NCBI GenBank assembly: GCA_028717305.1
Contig: JAQUOC010000002.1
Span: forward strand, 1 to 39,021
Length of the DNA stretch: 39,021 nucleotides
Source of the DNA: Dehalococcoidales bacterium
Lineage (GTDB): Bacteria; Chloroflexota; Dehalococcoidia; Dehalococcoidales; UBA5760
Reading direction: 5' to 3'
Within the stretch, counting starts at the first letter, position 1. Each line of letters begins with the position of its first letter. The notes beneath the pieces were generated by a model. That model was not told the origin of the DNA, searched no databases, and worked only from the letters and a program-made list of their open reading frames with translations. Positions 18,712-27,819 of the stretch are shown here, piece after piece. The translations under genes were made by a program, and so were the position numbers.

Positions 18712-18771
18712 AATCCAGCTCTCAGATTTCCCATGTGATATGCGACGGAAAAACTTTCATTTGCAGAGCAG

Positions 18772-19491
18772 CTACCCACGTGCATCAATAACACCTTTTT
18801 TGCTCTTCAGCCTCAGCCTGACCACGGCAAGGGCTACCTCTACGCCGTGCTTAACCGGGTTGCGGCTGTGGCTGGCGGAGTCGTAAACGCATGAGATGGG
18901 CACTTCAGCAATGCTAAGTCCTTCTCGGCGCGCCTGTACCAGTAGTTCGATGCTGAAGGCAAACCCCCTTTCGGTAATATTGAGGCAGCTCAGTGCTTTT
19001 CTGCCGTAGCAGCGGAAGCAGCTTTGGGCATCGCTCACCTTTAGTTTTGAACCGATATTAAACAGGGATGTTATGATATTGATGCCAAATCTCCGGTAGC
19101 GGGGAATATTGTAATTATCATTAAGGAACCTCGATCCGATAACAAGGTCGGCCTTCCCCTCAACAACGGGTGCTGTCACCGCGGGAATCTCCTCCGCATT
19201 ATGCTGTCCGTCGCTATCGAGCGTAACCAATACGTCGGCACCCCTTTCTTTAGCTGCCGTAAAGCAGGTTCGGGTTGCCTGCCCTGCACCCTGGTTGAAC
19301 TCGCTTCTTATCACAATCGCCCCGGCGGCTTCGGCAACCCGGGCGGTATCGTCTGCCGAGCCGTCGTCGGCAACGATAACCTCGTCGACATACTTTGAGG
19401 CTTTACGAATTACCTCACCTACTTTGTGCTCCTGGTTGTAGGCCGGTATACCGGCGATAATCTTCTGGTGAATTCGCTGGACATCCCCCAT
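18772..19491 (-). CDS. GT-A fold family 2 glycosyltransferase, Dpm1/GtrB-like (polyprenyl-phosphate sugar synthase type), no TM tail
   Basis: Motifs are IPAYNQEHKVGEVI, VIVADDGSADDT, VTLDSDGQH (DxD) and AQSCFRCY. Confidence 0.85.
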   Translation of the reverse strand: MGDVQRIHQKIIAGIPAYNQEHKVGEVIRKASKYVDEVIVADDGSADDTARVAEAAGAIVIRSEFNQGAGQATRTCFTAAKERGADVLVTLDSDGQHNAEEIPAVTAPVVEGKADLVIGSRFLNDNYNIPRYRRFGINIITSLFNIGSKLKVSDAQSCFRCYGRKALSCLNITERGFAFSIELLVQARREGLSIAEVPISCVYDSASHSRNPVKHGVEVALAVVRLRLKSKKGVIDARG

Positions 19492-19534
19492 GCCACGCTC
19501 CCGGTCGTGATAATACCTGACACTACTTATCCTG

Positions 19535-19563
19535 ATTATAGTTGCCTTTACTCACCAGTTCAA
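19535..19563 (-). promoter_or_regulatory. Candidate sigma70 promoter of the glycan operon
   Basis: The minus strand reads TTGAAC (complement of 19558..19563), a 17-nt spacer, then TATAAT (complement of 19535..19540). It lies about 45 nt upstream of the GT2 ATG at 19491. Confidence 0.5.
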
Positions 19564-19713
19564 TACTCTAAACAAACGTTTAGGTAGCGGAATTAGGGAA
19601 AGTAAAAGAGAATGGATTCTAATGTGCTGGTGCGTATCCGCTCAAGGCTGGGTGTTAATCGAAACATGGGTTGAGTCAGTTAAGCTTTTCTTCCCTGCTG
19701 CAACAATGCAAGA

Positions 19714-20421
19714 TTACTCTGTTTCCGGTACGGTTTTAGTGTTTAGTTTGTCGCTGATTATTCTGCCGTCACGGACTTCGACGATGCGGTCGGTGTGTGA
19801 AGCTACTGTCCTGTCATGAGTGACCACGATGAAGGTGGTATTGAACTCCTTCTTTATTTCGCCAAATAACCGGCAGACGTTCTGTGTGGTTACTGAATCC
19901 AGATTACCGGTGGGCTCATCGGCCAGTATGATACTGGGGTTGTTCATCAGTGCCCGCGCAATCGCCGTTCGCTGCTGTTCTCCTCCCGAAATCTGTGTCG
20001 GTAGTCTCTTCTCAAGCTTTGCTATACCCACTATATCGAGGAGATTTCTGGCTCTATTCAATACCTGCCCGGATTGACTTCTGTTGTGTATTAAATGCGG
20101 TATCAATACGTTTTCCAGAACGGTGAACTCCGGCAGCAGATAGTGAAACTGGAACACGAATCCGATGGTCCTGTTTCTAATTTCGGCCATCTGTTTTCTG
20201 TTCATTCTGGATACGAGGTTGCTGGCAATGGTTACCTCGCCGCTGGTTGGCGTATCCAGAATGCCCATGATATTCATCAGGGTACTTTTGCCGCTGCCGG
20301 ACTCGCCGACTATTGCCGAGCAGGTCTTTGCTTCGAAACTGAGGTTGATATCGAATAATACCTGAGTCTGGTAGGCCCCGGAATATATTTTGTTAACTCC
20401 TGATAGCTCCAGGGTAATCAT
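19714..20421 (-). CDS. ABC transporter ATP-binding protein (MacB/LolD/FtsE-like)
   Basis: Walker A is GESGSGKST, Q-loop FVFQFHYLLPEF, signature LSGGEQQR, Walker B ILADEPTGNLD and H-loop VTHD. ATG 20421 (MITLELSGV) lies 2 nt after the permease stop. The track start 20520 would overlap the permease gene by 97 nt. Confidence 0.9.
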   Translation of the reverse strand: MITLELSGVNKIYSGAYQTQVLFDINLSFEAKTCSAIVGESGSGKSTLMNIMGILDTPTSGEVTIASNLVSRMNRKQMAEIRNRTIGFVFQFHYLLPEFTVLENVLIPHLIHNRSQSGQVLNRARNLLDIVGIAKLEKRLPTQISGGEQQRTAIARALMNNPSIILADEPTGNLDSVTTQNVCRLFGEIKKEFNTTFIVVTHDRTVASHTDRIVEVRDGRIISDKLNTKTVPETE

Positions 20422-20423
20422 TT

Positions 20424-21584
20424 TTAACCCTCTCTGATCACATCGACCGGGTTCAGTTTCAGGGACCGTCTTGCCGGAATTAAGCCGGCCAGTGTTGATG
20501 ACGATATCGCTATCACCCATGAGCGAATGATAAAGTTATAGTCAATATAGATTTCAATCAGAGCTGTACCCTCAGCGCTTGATGTAAAGGTATTAAAAGC
20601 ATAGAGCAGGCCGAGGCCCATTGCAATGCCCACTGTGGCCCCTATCAAGCCAATCAGCAAACCTTGAAAAACGAAGATGAGACTGGCGTCGCGGTCCGTA
20701 ATTCCCATAGCTTTTAGAATGCCCAATTGCCGGGATTTTTGCAGTACCGTAATGGAAAGAACGCTGGAAATAGCTACCACTACTGAGGCCAGGACGACAC
20801 CCTGAATAACGCCGCTGGATATCGATTGGCCTTCCAGTCCGCTCAGGAGCTCCTCGTTTTGGTCCTTCCAGTTCGTTACCTCGATGTCTTCGCTATTGAC
20901 TGCTTGTTGTATTCTGGCAGCGATTCTATCGGCATCGAAGAGCCTGTCCTGATCGACGGTCATTATTATCTCAGTTACCCTGTCCCGGTAGCCGAAAAGG
21001 CGCTGCGCCGCGACCAGGTTGGTGATTACCCAGGATCTGTTGATACTCTCGATGCCCAGGTCGTAGAATCCGGCTATCTCGAAGAGGTTAACTCCGCCGT
21101 CGGGAGTAAGGATGGGGAGCTTGTCTCCTATTTCAACCTCCAGTTCCTCTTCCAGACTTCTCCCGATCAGTACCTGTTTCAGAGACTGTATTTGCTTCCC
21201 CTGGTATATCGACTCGGATATGCCGTAGATCCGGTCTGCGCTTTGAAAGTCAAACCCCTGTACCAGTATTGGTAATATACCGTTGTCATCAGGTACCGAG
21301 GCGTTGCCGGCAGCCGTAACGGATATCTTATCCAGGCCGTCGACATTACGGACTTGATTGACGATAATCTCCCAGTTCTTAATAGTATTGTTATCTCCGG
21401 CCGGACGTATTGTTATCTGCGGCTGATTTCCTATCGTGCTGTTGACCAGGCTAAGCTGTAAGCCGATTATCAGCAAACCGACAAATATCTGCACCGAGAC
21501 GGCGATAGCTATGCCGAATACAATCAGGGCCGTCTGTCCCTTGCCTGATTTCAGAAACCTGGTGGCGATTTTCAGGGGAAGCAA
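20424..21584 (-). CDS. ABC transporter permease, MacB-periplasmic-domain/FtsX family (LolC/E-like)
   Basis: An N-terminal TM helix is followed by an extracytoplasmic domain of about 220 aa, then three C-terminal TM helices with LGILKAMGITD and the terminal PARRSLKLNPVDVIR motif typical of FtsX-domain permeases. Confidence 0.88.
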   Translation of the reverse strand: MLPLKIATRFLKSGKGQTALIVFGIAIAVSVQIFVGLLIIGLQLSLVNSTIGNQPQITIRPAGDNNTIKNWEIIVNQVRNVDGLDKISVTAAGNASVPDDNGILPILVQGFDFQSADRIYGISESIYQGKQIQSLKQVLIGRSLEEELEVEIGDKLPILTPDGGVNLFEIAGFYDLGIESINRSWVITNLVAAQRLFGYRDRVTEIIMTVDQDRLFDADRIAARIQQAVNSEDIEVTNWKDQNEELLSGLEGQSISSGVIQGVVLASVVVAISSVLSITVLQKSRQLGILKAMGITDRDASLIFVFQGLLIGLIGATVGIAMGLGLLYAFNTFTSSAEGTALIEIYIDYNFIIRSWVIAISSSTLAGLIPARRSLKLNPVDVIREG

Positions 21585-21837
21585 TTAATAAGCCCTCCTA
21601 TATGGTTCGCTGTCATTAATCGTCTTATCCCTGCATTATCCAATAAATAGCGCTGTCTGGCAATCATTATGAATCAGGTTGGTGTTTTTCAATACACACT
21701 TTTGCGAAAAAGCAGTAAGGTATCAGTAAAGCGCTCTTCGTATTGCGGCGCAAATTAAGATATGGTGAATCTAGAAAGTGGTAGCGCGGTGTATGTACCG
21801 GGTATACACTAATTTGATCATATGGTAGGATAAGCAA

Positions 21838-22071
21838 ATGACACGAGAGATGAAGCAGTGGCGGGCATTAAAGGTTGTTGGTTGGATTCTGGCTATTGTT
21901 AACTGCGTAAATCTGGGATCTATACTATATGGTTTTGGATCGGTGGGGCACACACCAGCTTTGATTACCTGGCGTTTGTTGCTGGCTATTGCAATGATAA
22001 TAGTTGGCGCTGTTTTAATAAATAGGGCCGATAAGAAGGTGAAGGAAGAGAAACAGAAAGAGTCTATGTGA
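21838..22071 (+). CDS. Small hypothetical membrane protein (two TM helices, Lys/Glu-rich tail)
   Basis: 77 aa with hydrophobic stretches VVGWILAIVNCVNLGSILYGF and LLLAIAMIIVGAVLI. It is preferred over the overlapping minus-strand ORF 21771..22088, which has no membrane or protein-like pattern. No homology was recognised. Confidence 0.4.
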   Translation: MTREMKQWRALKVVGWILAIVNCVNLGSILYGFGSVGHTPALITWRLLLAIAMIIVGAVLINRADKKVKEEKQKESM

Positions 22072-22207
22072 AAGAATAACCTTCCCAATACACCTCAGCT
22101 GACCATGCCCTTGGTAACCCGCTTACCATGGTGGTGCTTTACATAATATGCGCGGACGTGTTTTGTATATAAACCGTGTGAGAATAATCGTTGGAGGAGT
22201 AGATAAT

Positions 22208-23296
22208 ATGAAGAAAGCAAAATGTTTGTCGATCGTTAGATTGTTAGTACCGGTCGTTATAGTCACCATGGTTTCAGGTTGTATAACGGTTGTAAATCCA
22301 TCAGCAGGATCCACGACCGATATTCCTGAAGAGACACCGTCCCAGGAGATTGAGCCGGCGTTTACAACTTATACCGATAATGTTACCGGGTTCTCAATCT
22401 CTTATCCCAGCGGATGGGAAAGGGTTCCGCAAGAGTCACTGGGCTTCGGGGAATTGGTTGCCTTTTGGGACTACGAAGAAGGTAAGGGGTTCCCGCCCTA
22501 TATGAGTATCAAGAATGAGCAATTAGCGGAAGAAATGAGCTTGGATACTTATTCCACTCTGGCGCAACAGGCCGGCACAATAGAGGCCGGTCTAGCATTT
22601 ATCTCCAGCGAGGAGTTCAGTGTGAATGGTGAGCGGGCGCTGAAACACTATTATACATTTAGTGCTGACGGCATCGACACCAAAATGATGCAGGTATACC
22701 TGATTGAGGGGCAAACCGTTTGGATAATCAATTTCATGAGTGTTCCGGAAGCTTTCGACTCGGTCGAACCTACCTTTAATGATATCGCTGCCAGTTTCCG
22801 TTTGTCCGGCAGTTCAGAACCGAGCACACCCTCGGAAATACCCTCTCCTGAATTTGTCACCTACACTGATGAAACTAATGGGTTTGCTATTTCATATCCC
22901 CAAAACTGGCAAAGTGTTCCTCAGGATTTGTTGACCGGAAGAGAACTCATTGCTTTTTGGGATATCACTCAGGAAGACGATATTCCAACTTATCTTAGTG
23001 TTACCAGCGAGCAAGTATCGATGGAAGATGTTAATGTCTACTACCAGGCTTCACAAGAGGCCATTGAAACCCAGGCCGATGGCAGCTATGTCTTCGTCTC
23101 TGAGGGAGAAGAAATCATTAATGGTGTTCCGGCGGTCAAACACATCTTCACTCTTAGTGATATTGCATTTATCCATATATATTTGCTAGATGGGCAGACC
23201 GGCTGGATTATCAACATGTGGACTTCCCCTGATTCTTTTGGGGAGCTCGAACCGACTCTGAATGAAATTGCATCTAGCTTTGAACTGCTTCCTTGA
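22208..23296 (+). CDS. Lipoprotein with two tandem copies of a ~150-aa domain (possibly PsbP/DcrB-like)
   Basis: ATG 22208 has GGAGG upstream and the lipobox is V-S-G-C. The internal duplication is visible by eye: FTTYTDNVTGFSISYPSGWERVPQE...LVAFWD...VWIINFMSVPEAFDSVEPTFNDIAASF versus FVTYTDETNGFAISYPQNWQSVPQD...LIAFWD...GWIINMWTSPDSFGELEPTLNEIASSF. Confidence 0.75.
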   Translation: MKKAKCLSIVRLLVPVVIVTMVSGCITVVNPSAGSTTDIPEETPSQEIEPAFTTYTDNVTGFSISYPSGWERVPQESLGFGELVAFWDYEEGKGFPPYMSIKNEQLAEEMSLDTYSTLAQQAGTIEAGLAFISSEEFSVNGERALKHYYTFSADGIDTKMMQVYLIEGQTVWIINFMSVPEAFDSVEPTFNDIAASFRLSGSSEPSTPSEIPSPEFVTYTDETNGFAISYPQNWQSVPQDLLTGRELIAFWDITQEDDIPTYLSVTSEQVSMEDVNVYYQASQEAIETQADGSYVFVSEGEEIINGVPAVKHIFTLSDIAFIHIYLLDGQTGWIINMWTSPDSFGELEPTLNEIASSFELLP

Positions 23297-23322
23297 CTGC
23301 CTATGTATGGTTGGTCAAAGGA

Positions 23323-24264
23323 CTATCGAATAATCAGCAGCCCCACTAAAGCCAGAGCAGCAATGGGCGGCAGGGCAGGCACTGCCCTCCCTTTGAGGAA
23401 AACGGCCTGGATTAAGTAGGCCAGCGCCAGTCCCGAGAGAGCGAAGGCTGCGGTGATGGTGGCCGTAGCCAGGCCGTGGGCGAAATAGACCGAAGCTGTG
23501 AGCAGGCAGGGGAAGGCTATGTCGCCTCCACCGAGCAGGGAATATTCTCGTTCGTCAGGCTCCTGGTCGACTACATTGGTGATAGCTCCTTGTCTCAAGT
23601 CGGCTCCCCAGTGCGAAGGACTCTTGGGAATGATGAATGCCGGCAACACTCCTACCTTAGACAGCTTGCCGGTTAACCAGAGCATTAAGCCTCGACGTAC
23701 CGCAATGAAGTCGTAGATTGCCAGTGCTCCCATGATAGCCATAACCGTCCAGGGTGTGATGAAGTGGCCGAAAACGGCCCCCACACTGGCCAATGCCAGA
23801 ATCAGAGCTAGATTGTGAAACCACACCCGTGGTATCAGGAACCAGATGATGGCTACCGCAGAGGCTATGCCGAGTGCTCCCCCAAACGGCATCCAGAAGA
23901 CACAGGCGATAAATGATCCCCAGGCGAAAAGAAAAGCAAAAAGTATTCGCAGGGCTAATATTAGGGTTGACAGCGGAACCCGTAGCAAAATTATCACGAT
24001 CACTGCCGTTGCGATGAGGAAGTAGATTATTACCGGACCCAGTGATGAATAGGCAGGTACTTGAGTGACCTCACCCGAAGGTGACGTTGCCGGACCGGGC
24101 CATACGGATATCGTCTGCTCGGGTTGGGCGGGCATATATATGTTGTTGGCTTCTAAAAAGGAGGTTTCCTGAGATGCAATCGAGATGGTGAGTATCTGAG
24201 CCACCACAAAAACAAGGACGGCGACGAATACGGGGTGCTGTTTAGTCAATTTTATTATTTTCAT
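23323..24264 (-). CDS. Presenilin/signal-peptide-peptidase-like intramembrane aspartyl protease (A22-like)
   Basis: Polytopic membrane protein carrying all three family signatures in the canonical order: LAIYDFIAV (YD), LLGGGDIAFP (GxGD) and AVPALPPI (PAL). Confidence 0.7.
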   Translation of the reverse strand: MKIIKLTKQHPVFVAVLVFVVAQILTISIASQETSFLEANNIYMPAQPEQTISVWPGPATSPSGEVTQVPAYSSLGPVIIYFLIATAVIVIILLRVPLSTLILALRILFAFLFAWGSFIACVFWMPFGGALGIASAVAIIWFLIPRVWFHNLALILALASVGAVFGHFITPWTVMAIMGALAIYDFIAVRRGLMLWLTGKLSKVGVLPAFIIPKSPSHWGADLRQGAITNVVDQEPDEREYSLLGGGDIAFPCLLTASVYFAHGLATATITAAFALSGLALAYLIQAVFLKGRAVPALPPIAALALVGLLIIR

Positions 24265-24613
24265 GTCATTAGTTTATCCTGATTCTCAGAAAGCCGTGCT
24301 TGTCGACAGAATTATGCCACCCTTTTTCAGATGCCGCGGCATGAACTATAGCTGTTATATGCATTAGCAGGTATTATGGTTGCTTAGAACTTTCTTAAGG
24401 GATCGTAAGCTTTTAGTCAATGCCCGGTCGCTGCTATAAAAAAATGCGAGTATTATCTATGTATTTTACCTTGTGGCGACCTAATAGTATAACGATGGAA
24501 TTCATCATCGGTTAGCTTTTTGTGGTCTGCCGACAAATTATAGGTAATTGGCGTTGCCTAATTAATTACTGCAATGCAAGATTACTGTTTTTCCAATAAA
24601 ACTTTTACGGCTT

Positions 24614-25648
24614 TTACCAACCGGTGTCGATCTCACCAGCCTTGATACTCTCGACAATCGCATCAACTTCTGCTTTCAACCCGGCAGGGATGCGGCCCTC
24701 ATAGTCATGATAAGGGGCCAGGCCGACGCCGTCGTTTTGTAGTGTTCCGAGGTAGATGCCGCCGCCGGGAAACGCACCATTGGCAGTGGATTCGACCACC
24801 GAGTAAACGGCATTATCGAGACGTTTCATGCATGAAGTGATTAAAATATCCTTCTCGCTGGGTAGAGTGAAATACTGGTCGACGTCCGCACCGATGCCCC
24901 ACTTGTTACGCTCCTTGACTGCGGCCAGACAACCGTTGCCGGTCTTACCGCCCACAGCAAAGAGGACATCTACCCCTTCGTCGATGAGCGAGTTCCCCTG
25001 AATCCTGCCCTGGTCGAAGTCCTCAAAGTCGCCGATGTAGGTCCCCTTGATCCCGACATTCTTACTCTTTTGTGTGTTGTAGTAAGCTACCCCGGCTTCA
25101 TAGGCTACAATGAACTGCTCTACTGGTGGAATCTTCATACCGCCTACGTAGCCAACCTGTGGGTCATCCGGATCTTGAAGGACAGCCCATCCCGCTGCCA
25201 GGTAGCCGGCGGGGAAGGCTGCTTCGTCTATATTAAAGGTGATACCGGCAACATTGGGTATCGGAGGATCATAGGTGTAGTCGATGATGGCAAACTTAAC
25301 GTCTGGATACTGCTCTGCCATCTTCCGGGTGGCGTCGATTAGCAAAAAGCCCACTGTGACGATCATGTCATAGCCCTGATTGACGAAATCGACGATATTC
25401 CGCTCATAGTCGGCCTCATCTTGGCCTTCGACGAAACTGGTACAGACCGCCAAATTCGTGTCGGCTTTTTGCAGCCCTGCCCAGGTACTGGCGTTGAAGC
25501 CGGCGTCATCCAGGCCGGCTGCGTCCGAAAGCATGCCGACCTTCATATCCCCTGCTTTACATCCTTCCGGAAGGTTGGACTCACAGGCAATTGTAGAAAA
25601 TAGAGTAATGCTTAGCAGCACTATTACGAATATTTTTGATAGTCTCAA
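24614..25648 (-). CDS. BMP-family (PnrA/Med-like) substrate-binding lipoprotein
   Basis: The signal peptide ends ...STIAC. Motifs are LSDAAGLDDAGFNASTWAGLQKA, QGYDMIVTVGF and LFAVGGKTGNG. No cognate ABC permease or ATPase genes are adjacent. Confidence 0.8.
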   Translation of the reverse strand: MRLSKIFVIVLLSITLFSTIACESNLPEGCKAGDMKVGMLSDAAGLDDAGFNASTWAGLQKADTNLAVCTSFVEGQDEADYERNIVDFVNQGYDMIVTVGFLLIDATRKMAEQYPDVKFAIIDYTYDPPIPNVAGITFNIDEAAFPAGYLAAGWAVLQDPDDPQVGYVGGMKIPPVEQFIVAYEAGVAYYNTQKSKNVGIKGTYIGDFEDFDQGRIQGNSLIDEGVDVLFAVGGKTGNGCLAAVKERNKWGIGADVDQYFTLPSEKDILITSCMKRLDNAVYSVVESTANGAFPGGGIYLGTLQNDGVGLAPYHDYEGRIPAGLKAEVDAIVESIKAGEIDTGW

Positions 25649-25675
25649 TAATTACTCAGCCTCTCGTTAATTGTG

Positions 25676-26239
25676 TCACATCATATGAAGTATCAAAATC
25701 CTGATGCCGATCACTATCAGGATTACTCCACCGATGATCTCTGCTCTCCTGGCGGCCAGCTTGCCCAGTTTTCCGCCAAGAAGCAGACCGAAAATGGTTA
25801 CTGCGAATGATACTACTCCGATAATCATACTGCCTGCTGAAATGCTGATATCGGCGAAGCTAAAGCTGAATCCGACGGCGAGAGCATCCAGGCTGGTAGC
25901 TAATGATAGCATTAGCAGCGTGAAGCCTTTAGTATTATCAGTTCCGGGCATGCCATTATTCTTACGATGGACTGATTCCCAAATCATTCTGCAACCTACG
26001 AAAAGCAGTAGACCAAAAGCTACCCAGTGGTCATAGTCAGAGATGACTGCCAATATTCTCTGTCCCGCCAGCCACCCCAGGAATGGCATTAATGCCTGAA
26101 ATGCTCCAAATGACAAAGACATCCGGAGCATTTGTTGGATCGAGATCTGCTTCAGGGAAATTCCTGTAATTACCGACACTGCGAAACAGTCGGCTGAGAG
26201 TGCGAAAGCGATGGGTAGAATAGTCAGTAAGTCAAGCAT
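25676..26239 (-). CDS. mntP: Manganese efflux pump MntP (DUF204 repeats)
   Basis: 187 aa with six TM helices. The two repeat motifs are AFALSADCFAVSV and LATSLDALAVGFSF. Confidence 0.88.
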   Translation of the reverse strand: MLDLLTILPIAFALSADCFAVSVITGISLKQISIQQMLRMSLSFGAFQALMPFLGWLAGQRILAVISDYDHWVAFGLLLFVGCRMIWESVHRKNNGMPGTDNTKGFTLLMLSLATSLDALAVGFSFSFADISISAGSMIIGVVSFAVTIFGLLLGGKLGKLAARRAEIIGGVILIVIGIRILILHMM

Positions 26240-26346
26240 GTCTAGGAATTATGACATGTTTAGAGACATCTCGTAAAACCCGGCCTGAACGGAAAACGTA
26301 ACCAGCCAAGCGCTATAATACAAGTTATGAACGCTTACCAGTGGTA

Positions 26347-27657
26347 CTAAAATAGAGATCTGAACCAGTTAATGAAGGATTCCCAAAGACTGGTAAGTTG
26401 ATCGACCCAGCTATTCCTTGAATCAGGATCTGAAGAGTTATCATCTTCAAGGTCCTCATAGAAACTCTGCCAATAGGATTTTTCTTCATCAACGTCGAAA
26501 CTCGATACGGCGCTGATTCCGGCGTCGGTGGCGGTTGCCTGCTTGCCTGCTTCTAACGTTACCGTTTCATCATAATCATAAGCGGTGAATTCGACCGATC
26601 CTTCAATAACCTTAACCGTATCCGAATCTTCGGTAACCTCAACGACAAAATTAGTGCCTTTGATACCGACAATCGCCCTATTTAGAGAAATTTCATACTT
26701 CTTGGCGCCGGCCTCTCCTCTAGGAAAATAGAAGTTGCCAGCCCCCTCGATCACTCTGCCTGCAGCTTCCAGAAATGTCAGAGAGTCTCTTGTGGGAGGC
26801 AGGGTTTCAAACCAGCTTCTTTCCTTCTGTCTATACACAGCGCCAGTGTTTGTTCTCATGACAGTTTCAGCTCCGGAAGGGGTCCTTACCGTCCAATGCT
26901 CACCAATAAAAAGACTGTTTCCGGAAGTTGTAGAATACTCGCCGGGCATTATTTTGACCCAGTTTCTTTGTGATGGTGGGAGCGAAGGCGAGTCTGCTGA
27001 AATGTATATCGGATTACCCTCGACCTTGGTAATGTACATTATACCGCCCTTGGTAAAGTCAACAGCGGGAAGGCTATCAATTAGCGGACCTGGCGGCGGG
27101 TCCTCTGTTGTTTGCGGCGGTGTTGGGGATGGCACGCTTGTTTCTGAATCCGCACCAAACGTACCGCTGACAACCAGCCCTCTATCGCCGGCATTGTAAT
27201 GACCTGTCATACTGATTGAGAAGCTGCCACCAGTAGCACCCGCGGGGATCGGCACAGAAATGGTGAATGATTCTTCATTGAAACCAGGGAAGCCGCTCGG
27301 GATGTTTGTGGTGAACTGATCGGTTTCGCCGCCACACGATACGGTTGCGCTTACGTCTGCATCATAGCCGTTCCCCATTTTAGCAGAACCCGAAACAGTC
27401 AGTTGTCCTGTACCCAATGTGCCGCTTAAAGTACGGCTAGTTGTGAAACCCCATTCATCGCTAGTATCCGTAACGGTAGCTCCTGAAATGTCATAGTTTA
27501 TCTGCATTCCATTGAACGGTTCGTCCGGGAATGTGCCGCCTTCTGCCATAACAGCAGATGGGGGCATAATTACAGTCGGTAGCATTGTCACCAGGCAAAG
27601 TATTACCACTGCCATTGCATGTACGCGTTTACGCAGAAAAGCTCTCACTGTCATCAT
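26347..27657 (-). CDS. Secreted FecR-domain protein with a conserved acidic/aromatic C-terminal tail
   Basis: The signal peptide is MMTVRAFLRKRVHAMAVVILCLVTMLPTVIMPPSAVMA, followed by a Pro/Thr linker. The FecR-like beta region is IVGIKGTNFVVEVTEDSDTVKVIEGSVEF. The tail is EDLEDDNSSDPDSRNSWVDQLTSLWESFINWFRSLF. Confidence 0.75.
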   Translation of the reverse strand: MMTVRAFLRKRVHAMAVVILCLVTMLPTVIMPPSAVMAEGGTFPDEPFNGMQINYDISGATVTDTSDEWGFTTSRTLSGTLGTGQLTVSGSAKMGNGYDADVSATVSCGGETDQFTTNIPSGFPGFNEESFTISVPIPAGATGGSFSISMTGHYNAGDRGLVVSGTFGADSETSVPSPTPPQTTEDPPPGPLIDSLPAVDFTKGGIMYITKVEGNPIYISADSPSLPPSQRNWVKIMPGEYSTTSGNSLFIGEHWTVRTPSGAETVMRTNTGAVYRQKERSWFETLPPTRDSLTFLEAAGRVIEGAGNFYFPRGEAGAKKYEISLNRAIVGIKGTNFVVEVTEDSDTVKVIEGSVEFTAYDYDETVTLEAGKQATATDAGISAVSSFDVDEEKSYWQSFYEDLEDDNSSDPDSRNSWVDQLTSLWESFINWFRSLF

Positions 27658-27819
27658 CGGGGCTCCATGTTATATTAAGGAAAGACCGTCAGGTTCGAGT
27701 GCCTCTGATAGTGGTTCCTCTCGTTATCATAGCAAGACAGGTGCTATAATACAAGATTGTCCGGTTAATCAATGCAGGCTTGGGGAAATGTGGTCTGGTG
27801 TGGTTTTGTAGTGCGGCAA

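Noticed and set aside
19714-20520. A 33-residue N-terminal extension of the ABC ATPase ORF containing KTVPETE, the same heptapeptide as the protein's C-terminus (KTVPETE*), encoded with different third-codon positions
   Set aside because: The extension lies entirely inside the permease gene, whose own frame there encodes the conserved FtsX-family C-terminus PARRSLKLNPVDVIREG. ATG 20421 gives the canonical ATPase N-terminus just 2 nt after the permease stop. I cannot show the heptapeptide match to be more than coincidence without homologues. Ribosome profiling or alignment of orthologous overlaps would settle it.
21771-22088. 105-aa minus-strand ORF overlapping the small membrane-protein ORF
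   Set aside because: It has no RBS or domain signal, and the + strand ORF has a cleaner two-TM architecture. Neither is strongly supported.
19704-24586. Identical 15-mer CAATGCAAGATTACT at 19704..19718 and 24572..24586, each followed by a similar T-rich stretch, at the 3' ends of two minus-strand genes
   Set aside because: The expected number of exact 15-mer repeats by chance in a 39-kb window counting both strands is of order one. No hairpin or further flanking similarity was found. It would become interesting only if the motif recurs genome-wide.
26240-26346. Expected yybP-ykoY manganese riboswitch upstream of mntP
   Set aside because: Only 107 nt are available. The minus-strand leader lacks the conserved GGGGAGUAG and paired distal elements of that riboswitch class, so no convincing match exists.
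26312-27755. Identical 13-mer GCTATAATACAAG at 26312..26324 and 27743..27755, each 70-90 nt upstream of a minus-strand start codon
   Set aside because: 13-mer repeats are expected many times by chance at this window size. The motif reads as a -10-like element on either strand (TATAAT on +, TATTAT on -), so it is probably just promoter-like AT-rich sequence.
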